Assembly (NCBI GenBank): GCA_028534125.1
Contig: CM052849.1
Coordinates: 19,778,001 to 19,842,000 of the forward strand
Reading direction: 5' to 3'
DNA length: 64,000 bases
From: Lama glama
Lineage: Eukaryota
Made by a program: the position numbers and the translations under genes
Part shown: positions 1 to 11,805 of the stretch, piece by piece
Position numbering within the stretch: the first letter of the stretch is position 1
How the letters are laid out: each line of letters opens with the position of its first letter
The notes under the pieces: model-generated
What the model was told of the DNA's origin: nothing
Seen by the model: the letters and a program-made list of their open reading frames with translations, nothing else
Databases searched by the model: none

Positions 1-105
1 AGCACCTGCTCGGTCTCCTCGGGATTCTCTCGCGTGTCGCGCCCTGCTCTCGCGGCACTTGTGCTTGTTCCTCTGACCATTTACCTTTCAATGTTCTGCT
101 TGAAG

Positions 106-223
106 GTCTAACCGATAAAATGCGCAATGATTTTAATGTGATGAAAGACTTGGCTGTTCATACGAGGTTAACTCCAGAACAGAGGCAGCGGGAAGTGGGA
201 AGGCTGATCGATTACATCCACAA
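106..223 (+). CDS. PIWIL1: PIWIL1 exon (G)[38 protein letters not shown](K), PAZ-L2 region
   Basis: tgaag| acceptor, AA|gtaagg donor, 118 nt, phase 1 to 2. Confidence 0.95.
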
Positions 224-711
224 GTAAGGCATCTGTGCTGCTCTGGGGGGCGGTTTCCATTTTTATTTTGTGTGGGTTTGTGGGGGTGACAGAGGAGTTT
301 GTTTTCATTTGTATTTGTGCTATTTGGGGGGGTGTTCTTTCTGTTTCTAAGGGAGGCTACTGTCTGTCAGGGATAATTGAGGTGAACCTGGTGGTAGCCT
401 GTGGTATTTCTGATTCTTGTATTAGAAGAAGAAGAAGACTAGGAGGTGAAATTGGGACAAAGCTGTCTTCTCGTTATGGTATCGTGTTTACTTTGAGGAG
501 ATAGTTTGGGCATCAGGACTTTAAAGGGTGTCACAAGGGGAAACGTGTGACGAGAGAGCGGACTGTCCTGCGTTCCCGGCAGCCTTGCTGGGGTTTCGGT
601 CCTGAGAAGCAGTGACGTGTGCTGTAGTTGCAGTCGGTCTCTCGTTGCACGTGCAGTCGTTTTGCTGTGTTTCCTTGCATTTAATGGCGTATAAATGTGT
701 TAAATTTACAG

Positions 712-826
712 AGATGATAACGTTCAGAGGGAGCTTCGAGACTGGGGTTTGAGCTTTGACTCCAACTTACTGTCCTTCTCAGGAAGAATTTTGCAAGCAG
801 AGAAGATTCATCAAGGTGGAAAAACA
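712..826 (+). CDS. PIWIL1: PIWIL1 exon [38 protein letters not shown]
   Basis: tttacag| acceptor, ACA|gtaagg donor, 115 nt. Confidence 0.96.
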
Positions 827-1808
827 GTAAGGCATTCTTCCCAGTGTTGGCCAGGCCGGCTTGGGGCAGGCGCCCGGGAGAGCGAGCGCGAGTCACCTAG
901 CTGCACGCCTCCATCCTGTCCCCTCCCTGCCGCCGCCACCCGCTGTCAGCCCGTGTGAGCGGGCGGCGGCGGGGCGCGCGGCCTTTAGAGCGGGGCTGGG
1001 TGCCTCTCACGTGGAGCGCTCCCTGGCCGCGTGGCTGCGCTTTGCCTGGGCCGTGTGCTTGTTAGGGGTGTTCAGTATTGCGGTGCCTTTTATATTTTGT
1101 CTTCAGAAAAGGAAAGCAGGTATTCTGAACATTTTTGTGTGTGTAATTGGAGCCCTACAAGTTCCAAAATTTTAAAAAACTTTTATAAAAAGCTGTGCCC
1201 TTCTGCCTTCTAAATGTTCTGTGAATAACAACCTAGTCACGCAGCGTGGTGTTATACTTGCAGTTGTTCTTGTCACCCGCTGTAGTAGAAGTCTGCGTCC
1301 CGTGTGAGCGCTGCCCTGGGGGCACCCGGGGCCTGTGCGGGGGACGCCACCGGGCGCGCGCCCCAGCCTTGCTCGCTGTCTGCCTGGCCGTTGGCTGCCG
1401 CCAGAGCGCGCTTTCGGTATCTGACCCCTTGGTCATAAAGCTGCTTAACCTTCAAGGCCTTGTTTTTCTCACATCTTTATCGTGAGGGGAGTAACCTGTC
1501 CTTGTAAGATTCTAGAAAAGATTAAAGAGGACTGCAGCTTGGGGTGCTGAGCAGTATTTGGTGCAGGTGAGCACTGAGTGGCAGCTGTTAATATGAGTGT
1601 ACTAGAAACAAAAGTGCTTTTAATCCTTTGAATACATTTTGTGTCTTTTTTCCCCACTGAGGGCGTTTCATTTGTCACTGCAGTTCAGATTTAAGAGTAG
1701 GAGTCCAAGGTGTAGAATACGCCATGGTAGGATTATAGAAGACAAAATTTTGGCTTTATTGCTGAGAATTCACAGTGGAACTCACAGTGTCTCTGAACTT
1801 TCTTCTAG

Positions 1809-1997
<189 letters not shown>

Positions 1998-2306
1998 TAA
2001 GTTCATCAAGTCGCCTCTGCTCTGAAGGGTGATTAGTACTCACTTGGAGGGTGTGGGAGCTCAGACTGTCACTAAGATCATTAAAAACATCAGGTTCTCT
2101 TAGTTTGCAGACCTGCTGCAGCTTCTGCAAGGTGTGCACAGAAGCTGGGTAGCAGCCGCGGCCGCGTGGGAGAGCAGGGGGGCTGTCCTCAGTTCCTGCT
2201 GTGTGTGGGACACAGCCTTCTGACTGCACGGCTACTCTGGGTGTTCATTTCATTTTTTACACTGAAGCGTTCATGGGCTTTTTCTGTAAGAACCTTCTGT
2301 GCATAG

Positions 2307-2438
<132 letters not shown>

Positions 2439-2794
2439 TAATTGATAACGTAGGCAGTTGACCTGGAGTCAGTTGTTCTAAGGGGGATCTGTAAGTCTTA
2501 GAAGCTGAGTTCATTTTTCTTAATGTTAATGTTAAAATTAGGTTCCCAAACCAGCCGCAAAATACATACTTCGCCTTCCTAAGACAGCTAAGCTAATGCT
2601 GGCTCTAGTTGTGCACCTAGAAATTTGTTGTTGGTGCACTGCCAACAGTGGGGAAGGGACAGAAAAAGCTGCCTTAAATTGACCCAAACTCACATGCTTT
2701 CACTATTCCAGAGGATCTGGGGGAGGAAGCTCACGAGAGGAAAAACCAGTGCTTAGTTGTTCAGCACACACAGTGTAATTATGGAGTATATTTG

Positions 2795-2816
2795 TAATTA
2801 CACTTAAGTGTAATTA
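2795..2816. repeat. Perfect 22-bp palindrome TAATTACACTTAAGTGTAATTA
   Basis: Self-reverse-complementary, checked base by base. Confidence 0.95.
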
Positions 2817-3907
2817 ATGAGGTGACAAAGACAGGTTGAATGATAAACGACACATCTGTGTTGCTTTAAAACTAAGAAATGAATGGCTTCATCTCATCTG
2901 TTCCTTTTAGTCCTTCATCTCGTACTTAAATGCCATCAGGTTGTGTGGAAACAGGGAGACACCCGGGGACGAAGAGGATGGTATTGGGACTGTGGAAGAG
3001 AAGGACGCGACTCTGGGGGTATACAGTGGAGAGAGAGCACAGCAGTGAGGGGAGAGCAGAGTTGAGCCCCAGGGTGTGGACAGGGGTGGGTGACTTGGTT
3101 GGCTGGTTGGTCTTTCCAGCTTTTTTGAGATGTGAGTGACACGTACAGTGTGTACATTCACAGTGTATACAGCGTGATGCTTTGGTATGTGTCTATGTTG
3201 CAGAATGACGACTCGGCAGGGTTTGTTACACCACCTCCACCATCTCACACAGTTAGTGTTTTTGTACCTGTGGTGATAACATATAAGATCCACTCTTCTG
3301 GCAGCTCTCAAGTGTGTAGCACAGCATTGCCAGCTGTGACCGCCATGCTGTGCACTGGGGCCTCAGAACTTCTCTGGAGCTAGAGGTCTGGGCTGTTTGG
3401 CGTCTTCCCACCTGGGTGGGCAGGGCTGTGTTTAGCAGGCACTGCATTTCATCTCCAGAGTTGCCCATGGACTTCCTAGGAAATTCTGTAGTGTGATCAT
3501 ATTCTCAAGCCAGAGCTTTAAAAGTTTAAAACACGACGATTCCAGGTGGATCATAAGTAAATGAAAAGTGTGAACATTTTAGAAAATCTTTTATCTGTCA
3601 GCTGGTAGGTTATCACTGACTTGTTTTGCCCTCTTCCCTACTTCTAAATTGTTCCCAGCTGGTGATAGAGCATACTCAACCAGCTTGTCAAGTTTTAATG
3701 ACAGCCGTGATTTCTTCGTTAGCATCTGTCAGACTTAGCTGAGTGTAAGAAGCGGCATCTGAAAGTGAGGGTCCTGCTTGTGGGCTGCGCGGCAGGGATG
3801 CATAGTGGCTGTTTATACCCACGGGGGGGGGGGGTTGGTTTCCCGTCTTCTTCCTGGGACTTAACACCAGTTTCCTAATGTTTGTAACGAGGACATTTTG
3901 TTTCTAG

Positions 3908-4120
<213 letters not shown>

Positions 4121-4220
4121 TGACCGGTGGATAAAAGTTTTCACTGTTATTTAAGGAAAACGGTTTTTAAGATGCTGCTGGTATCCTGCTGTGCTTGAAA
4201 CTACGATGTTTTCATTAAAG

Positions 4221-4324
4221 CTAAAGCTAGCAATGATAGTGGGCATCGATTGTTACCATGACACCACAGCTGGACGGAGGTCAATTGCAGGGTTCGTCGC
4301 AAGCATCAACGAAGGGATGACCCG
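4221..4324 (+). CDS. PIWIL1: PIWIL1 exon [34 protein letters not shown](R), first catalytic Asp
   Basis: ttaaag| acceptor, CG|gtgagt donor, 104 nt; GID Asp codon at 4248-4250. Confidence 0.96.
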
Positions 4325-5037
4325 GTGAGTGGGCCCCAGGGGCCGTGGACGAACTGTGGGGCGCAGGCAAGAGGGCCGGTGCCTGGGGCGTCCGGAGTGT
4401 CCAGAGGTGGTGTTGCTTCTTTACGGTTAACCTGCTTTCTCTTGTATCAGATCCAGTAAAACAGCTGGGAGAGAAAAGCAGCTGTTAGCTGCCCTGACAT
4501 GTCAGCGCCCTTCCCTGGCCCTTAATGTGTAGTGGCCGCACCGCATCTCCCGTTCACTGAGCGTCTGTGTCTGGGGAGGGTCCATCTCTTTAACTGTGAC
4601 TGTCACTAAAACTTTGTTTGATAACTTGACCACTGAGGTGTTCATGTTAATTTTACTTTGGAAAACCCACTTCAGGTTACCCAGTCACTTGTATTTCAAC
4701 ATAGTGAAATTATGTTTCGGTGCTTTCCTTAGAATTGATAGAATTGCCAAGAACAGGAAGAATGAAAATTGAAGCACTGATGTGTTAGCATTACAGCTGG
4801 GCGTATTTAAAGCTGCTTTACCTTGTGGAAGAGCATCTTGTGTCGAGAGTATAGGAAAACCGTGTAGCAGTGAGAGTGCTCCTGTGTGCCTTGAGGTGTA
4901 AACCTGGGAGGCAACTCTGGCCATTATGGCTTAAATTGTATTCTCCCCTCAGTGATGGAATCATAACACTGATTTATGGTGAAACTCTGTCTAGAGGTAT
5001 TCCCTGCATCATGTTAATTCTGTTTAAGACTTCATAG

Positions 5038-5289
<252 letters not shown>

Positions 5290-5372
5290 TGAAAAAGCTG
5301 GGCCCAGAATTTGGTAGAAGCGCCGTTTTCGTTGTGTGCTAACTTACTTGGAACTTCTCTGGCTTTTCCCAG

Positions 5373-5526
5373 CCGCTCTGAGGGCCTGGAATAGCTGCAA
5401 CGAGTACATGCCTAGTCGGATCGTCGTGTTCCGGGACGGCGTCGGGGACGGCCAGCTCAAGGCGCTGGTCAGCTACGAAGTGCCGCAGTTTCTGGATTGC
5501 CTGAAGTCTGTGGGGAGAGGCTACAA
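5373..5526 (+). CDS. PIWIL1: PIWIL1 exon [51 protein letters not shown](N)
   Basis: ttcccag| acceptor, AA|gtaagc donor, 154 nt; RDG Asp codon at 5435-5437. Confidence 0.97.
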
Positions 5527-7299
5527 GTAAGCACGCGAATCGTAACGCTTTCTCCTGGTTAAACTGCACGCTTGTGTCTTGAGGGTAGTATCACGAGGTG
5601 AGAGGTGAGTGAGACGCTCACGCTGCAAGTGCAGTGGGGCTGGAGGCGGCGGGAGGGGTGGGGCACGTCGCGTGGCGGACAGGCTGGAGGTGTAGAGCGG
5701 CTGCTCCTTCAGGGGACGACACGCTGAGCCGCCCTCACGGCCGTCTGCCTGACGCCCTCACCCAGCCCCTCGTCCCAGCACACGCAGAGGCGTCCACAGA
5801 AGCGCTACCGGAATGCGTCGTCCGCGTAGTCTTCACGTGCTCTGTCTCAGCCTCGTGGTACAGTGAGTGCTGCTTGGCTCGTGAGCTCGGCTGGACGGGT
5901 GCTTGGTGGGCAGGACGAAGGGTGTGTGTTTAGTCTCATGGAGGGAGAGCTCACCCCTCTCCCCTCGGGCCGCGGGCACAGCCCAGGGCAGTGAGTGCTG
6001 CTCGTGACAAGCGTGGCGTGCGGTCTCCCGTGCAGCTGGGCCGTTTGCCGCCCTACTCTGCCCTCCTGCGGGGCCTCCTGCCCGTGCTGTTCGGCAGGAG
6101 ATCACGTATCATCTCAAGATAGCTGCTCTCATAGGTGACATTGTTTACCTTTGTGCTACTTTCTTTATCAGATTTTGAGCAAGTTGAGATCGGGGGGGGG
6201 CTGTTGCATTAAGAGCTTGGTGCACAATAAAGGTTTGTGGAAAATCCAGGAGGCTTGTTCCTGTGTGAGTATTTAGACTGAGTATTTTTGCCAGACTTCC
6301 TTAGCCAGCGTTTGTTGTCATCACGAAAAGTGAGGGATTTTTAAATTCATCTCACTGTATCTGGGCTCAGGGGCCCACAGGATGATCTTGAAGAGCTCGT
6401 TTCCAGAAGAACCGGAGCGTACTTGCAGGTCTTCTTTGGTCAAACTCTCAAAGACTCCTAAGTATTGACCACATGTTTCTTAAGATGAGGTCATTATGTC
6501 AGTAAGTTCTCAGAGCAAGTCGGGGCGTCTTTATCTCTTTTGAAGTAATTCTGTTTTAGATTAAAATGCTAATAAGCGTTTTTTAAATATTTTGAATGCT
6601 GATGTTTTTTCTATTCTCTTGAAATTCTTTATTTTCCCATTAAAATAACAGTACCAGTTTCACCTCCGTTTGGGCTTTGAATTTCTGTAGGCCTTGTTTT
6701 GGGGTCCTTAGGATTTCTGTCCACATGGGAGGGGCGTGGTGTGGTGGCAGGGAGTCGGGGAAGGGCGCAGATGGACTGCGACTTTCTTAGTGTTCACTGT
6801 TTGGTTTCAGTTACTGCTGGAGCGCTCAGAATTTTCTAGTCCTAGTTGCCTCTTCCTCATTCCTAGAGAAGAAACTTCTAGAAGAGTAGGGGTTACAGTG
6901 CAGGCTCCCCGCACTCCCGTTCGCTGGATATTTGGGTCCCAGGAAGTGTGTGCTGTTGTCCCCACTGGGGCTGCGTCTCTCTGCCCCCGTGAGTCTTTTG
7001 AGCCCTCTGAGTTTGGTTCCCAGAAGGACTGGCAGAAATAGTTCTTAAAGAGGAGGTTGCAGCCCTTCAGGTGAATGTCTGTGACCCTCCTTGTGGTGTT
7101 GTCTTGAGTTTGAGGAGGCTGGTGGGGTTTACCTGCCCAGCACCCCTTTAGCAGACAGGAGCCCACTGTTGCAGGGAAGGGGCGTGTAAGCTGACTGCTG
7201 GACTAGTGCACAGCGGACCAAGCATGAGGTGGATTCCACATTGTGAACTGTGCTGTGATTTGCTGGCGGCAGAGATGAGTGATCAAGGGCAGTATGTCT

Positions 7300-7428
7300 T
7301 AAATCCCAACTTGGCCTTCATCTGTGAAGCGGGAGGTGGTGGGGAGCAGCTGACCAAGGTGCTGAAAGGAACGTGAGGCTGTTGAATGCGCTTCACACGG
7401 CATCCGATGTGCACTCAGTAAGTGGTAG
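7300..7428 (+). mobile_element. MIR SINE remnant
   Basis: ttcatctgtgaagcggga core and cactcagtaagtggtag tail resemble the MIR consensus. Confidence 0.5.
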
Positions 7429-8114
7429 GTAATGCATCTAGAAAAAAGTTTATTTCAAGTTGTATATAAAGTAAAATAATATCCAAGAAATAATTACTCC
7501 TCATTTTGAAGAAATGGCAGGGTTTAGTCTTTGATATTTGTAATTATCCTTAGAACCACAGTATTTTTTAATTGAAATGTTAACTCTTTGTAAAGATGCA
7601 TCAGGTATCAGCTGATTCAGAATGGTATAACAAGAAATCAGAATGCCACTTCAGCATACTTGAGCTTGTCTTTCTGCCCTCACACTTGCTGCCTCCTTCC
7701 TTGTGATGTCACGGGACTGCAGTCCACCTTGTCTTTCAGTGCCCAGTCCGTTGTCCCTGGGCAGCAGCAGAGCTGCATGGGTGGGTGGTGGTATTTCCAA
7801 CAGTGTCTCCTTTTGTTTAAGTAGACTCACCCTCCTGTCCCTTCTGCGTTGGGTTATTGCTGCCGTGAAGGAGCACATGAGGTTTATCACTCAACAGAAG
7901 TTCCCGGTTTGTGATCTTTTTGCCCGTTAGTCTAGACTGTGAACTCCTTACCCAGTCAGGCAATACCGGCCAGGTTCATACTACATGTAAAGCCCTCTGC
8001 TTCCCAGTGTTTAGGATAAAGTGTATTTATGCTCTTAAGGAACTAATGTTCTCGCTGGAACAAGAGCACAGGAAAATTGGGGTATTGATAGTCATAATAT
8101 TTATCAAATCCTTT

Positions 8115-8170
8115 TTAGCTGCCAGCACTGTTCTAAGTGCTTAACATGTTCTAATTCATTTATTCCCAAG
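8115..8170 (-). mobile_element. MIR/L2-tail remnant
   Basis: gccagcactgttctaagtgcttaacatg...attcattta is the reverse of the MIR 3' core. Confidence 0.55.
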
Positions 8171-8891
8171 CAGATAGTGTATACAGTGCGACTGTTTCAG
8201 ACAGTGAACTTGAAATGAACCTTTAAGAGACAGGTGGAAAGGATGTGAAAGGTATTCAGGCTGATTGCGTCCTGCCAACCCCAGGCTGCCCTCAGGAGGG
8301 CCGGAAGGCATGTTCCCGGCAGCGGATCTGATCTGAGAGCTCACTCACGGGAAAAGGAGTTGTCTTGTCATAGGAAGGCCACCTGGAGAACGGACCTGGG
8401 GAGGGAAAGGGTGAAAAGGAAGGGTTCCAGCGCTGATTGTGGCAGGCTGAAGAGTGGCTGAGCCATGAGAGACAGAGACACAGAGCTCCCTGGTATACTG
8501 TGAACCAGTGATTTTGAAGGGCAGTAAGTTAGACTTGGAGATTATTAAATTAGCTTACCTGTCTGAGATTTTAGACTTGACATCTTACTTTCCACATAGT
8601 AGAACATGCCCACTGAAAAGTGTTTCAGGTTGTGAAATTTAAAGACACGTTGGCTCTAACATTTTAATGTGATGGGTGTGTCATATGTGCAGCCTAATGA
8701 TTAAACGTGTCCGTGACCTTGTGTCACAGAGCTTTCTGCCCACAGCTGACCCTGATCCCTGCTCCAGCTCCTTGCAGTTGTGGAGTCTTCCTTCACAACG
8801 TGCGTAGATACGATGCCCCAAGAGGGGCACGTGCTTCTTTTTAAACGGAGTGTATGAATGAATGAATGATTTAGTGCCCTGAAAAATATGA

Positions 8892-9050
<159 letters not shown>

Positions 9051-10091
9051 TGAGTCCTTTGTGGTAGGTGATCTCCCACTTGGTTTTCTAGCATAACCTC
9101 TCTACTTGACCAACTTTAATCTATTTACTTTCTAGTTCTTACACTGTGTGTGTTAAAAGTACTGAAGTCTTTCACTGGTTTGGTCTAATATTACTGTCCA
9201 TGATGTATTAACTTAGCGTGTGGAATGGTGAATGGAGGGTTCCGTGTAGTTCGTCTCTGGGGGAAGGGGCTCTTTTCTGTGGTAGAACATTCAGGGGGAC
9301 CCTGGCGGGCACGGGCGATGGTCTTAGCACACAAGGGCTCAGCTGTAGGGTCGTGAAACTCGGTTCCTCAGAAGCACTTCTGCGGGGAACAGGGTGCAGG
9401 GTAGTGGGTCATGCTCATGAGGGCGGGTCATCGGTCAGTCCAAAGTAATGCCTTCCTCACGAGAGTGGACAGCTAGGACGATTTTTGTCTTTATATATAA
9501 AATGTTGGAGCCTTTTTAACAAAGGGCGACTTTAATTGGATAAGATGTCAGCCTCGGTGCAGAGTTTAAACAGGGAGCACTTGCCCTGTGTGCGCCCCAG
9601 GCAGAAGCAGCGTTGCTGTGCTGAATTTGTGTAGCAAGTGGTAGTAATACAGAGTCTCACTCTACGTCGTCCTGTTGCGGGACGGCTAGGAATTGTTTTC
9701 AAGAACTCTTACCTTGCATTCTGACTTTTCCCAGGCAGGTGCTAGTGATGGCAGGGCTGCAGAAGGGTTCTGACCTTTTAGGGAAATTCACTGAGGGAAG
9801 ACAAAATGGCTAAGGTATTAGCAAGTTCATTTCCTGCAGGATGTTCTTGAACCATTCAGAATGGCCTCGTGACACTTTCCAACAGCACTGCTACTCTGAT
9901 AACCAAACTCAGCTGTAACAGTTGACCTGAAGACATAACTGATTTAGACAATTTGGGTAAACTCCAAGTTGAATTTTAAAGTACGAAGAAATGTGATTCC
10001 TTTTCACTAGACACCACTTGAAACACAACAGCTGCCGGTGCTCCTCAGATGCTGGGAGAAGTCCTCTTTGAATGACAGTATCCTTGAATTG

Positions 10092-10215
10092 AGAGCCAAG
10101 GTTTTGATTTTAGCTCTGTTGTGCTTTCTCTGTTCTTTGGGGCAAGTCATTTAACATTTCTGAAACTCTCATTTTTCTAAATAATCTGTTGTAGATCATC
10201 TCTAACTTTACAGTT
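10092..10215 (+). mobile_element. MIR SINE remnant
   Basis: ttggggcaagtcatttaacatttctgaaactctcattttt core. Confidence 0.55.
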
Positions 10216-10720
10216 TGTGTAGTTTCATTGGGCAAATAAATTAGAGAGTTAATTTCTTAATATCTATCAAGTCAAATTACAGTGTCTCTGGATTGATGGT
10301 TAATTGGTACCAAGAAAATGAAAAAGTACTGATGTGACATTCCTTTACATTTGTACTGCTTGGTTCTTGATTCTGGAACTGTTCCTGCTCTGTCGTCTCC
10401 CTCAGGTGTGGGGTGGGAACAGGGACCTGTCGCCGTGGGCACGTCGGAACTGGCAGCCAGGCCCAGTGACTGTTGACCCCCTGAGGCACCAGTGACAGAC
10501 ACTGATAATACACGTAATAGTGGTATCTTAAACGTTGACACGTAAGCGTTTCAGAGCGCTTTATCAGTAAAGTTTCTGACCTCAAGGCAGCGCATCACGT
10601 TGGAGGTCAGGTTACGTTAGTGCACAGGGCTTTTCACTGTCGGAAGCTTGAATCGTCTTGATTTTCACTTTCAAAGCATAAGCCTTGAGTCCGTGTGGCT
10701 TTTTCCTTTTGTCACGGCAG

Positions 10721-10868
10721 GTATGACTTCTTCATCGTGAGCCAGGCGGTAAGGAGCGGCAGCGTCTCCCCCACGCACTACAACGTCATCTACGACAGCA
10801 GCGGCCTGAAGCCGGACCACATCCAGAGGCTGACATACAAGCTCTGCCACGTCTACTACAACTGGCCG
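10721..10868 (+). CDS. PIWIL1: PIWIL1 penultimate exon [49 protein letters not shown]
   Basis: ggcag| acceptor, CCG|gtgagt donor, 148 nt. Confidence 0.97.
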
Positions 10869-10964
10869 GTGAGTGCGCCCTCGCGCGCGGCCCGGGGCTC
10901 GCTTTCCAGAGGCTTCTACAGTTAGCGCTGAGACAACCTAAAGGAGCTAGATTCAGAGTAATAG

Positions 10965-11105
<141 letters not shown>

Positions 11106-11717
11106 CCGGCGGAAGAAGACAAGACGTAGCTGGTTTTTCTTTCTGAAATTACAACTTCGGGATTTTTTAAGCTCTTTTTAAAATTGTATCTTTCTGGATG
11201 AAACCTGGGAGGGACTTAGGAGCTCCAGAGTCTTCCTTCCAACATTGCCATTAACTTATTTGATAGGCGGAAATGAGGGTTTTATACTTTATCTTGTTTG
11301 GTTCTCATAAACGTGTGAGGATTTTTTGTTCTTAAAAAATGTGGATAAGGTATTCTGTATTTGTAAACAGACTCTTTTAATCTATTTGGAAAGCAGGGAT
11401 TTTGTTGAAAGTGCTTTCAGGAGTGGGCAAGTTCTACGCATAAAGCTGCATTGACCTTATGTTTGAAATACTTGTTTCGAATTTAAAGAAGAGAAAAGGC
11501 ATGAAAGTGGGAAGCTCAGTACAGTCCAGAGGCAGGGTTGTGTTTGGCCACCTGGTCATCTCGCTTAAGGCAAAAGCTGCCATCAAATAACCTGCACGAG
11601 GCATAGGACAGGCGTGTGGCTGGAGGGAAGTGCTTGCTTTTTATTGCATGTCTGGGGCTAAAAAAGAGATAGCTGGAAGTTTTAAATTTGTGTCCAAAGG
11701 AACATTTTAAGACTGTT

Positions 11718-11805
11718 AATAAAAAAGGCCAGTAGTCTTTATTAACATTATTTATCTATTTATTTTTTTGCAACTGGGACATCATTCAGTTTGTTACAAA
11801 ATAAA
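11718..11805 (+). terminator. PIWIL1: PIWIL1 polyadenylation signals (AATAAA at 11718-11723 and 11800-11805)
   Basis: Two canonical hexamers 600-700 nt after the stop, followed by U/GU-rich sequence. Confidence 0.7.
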
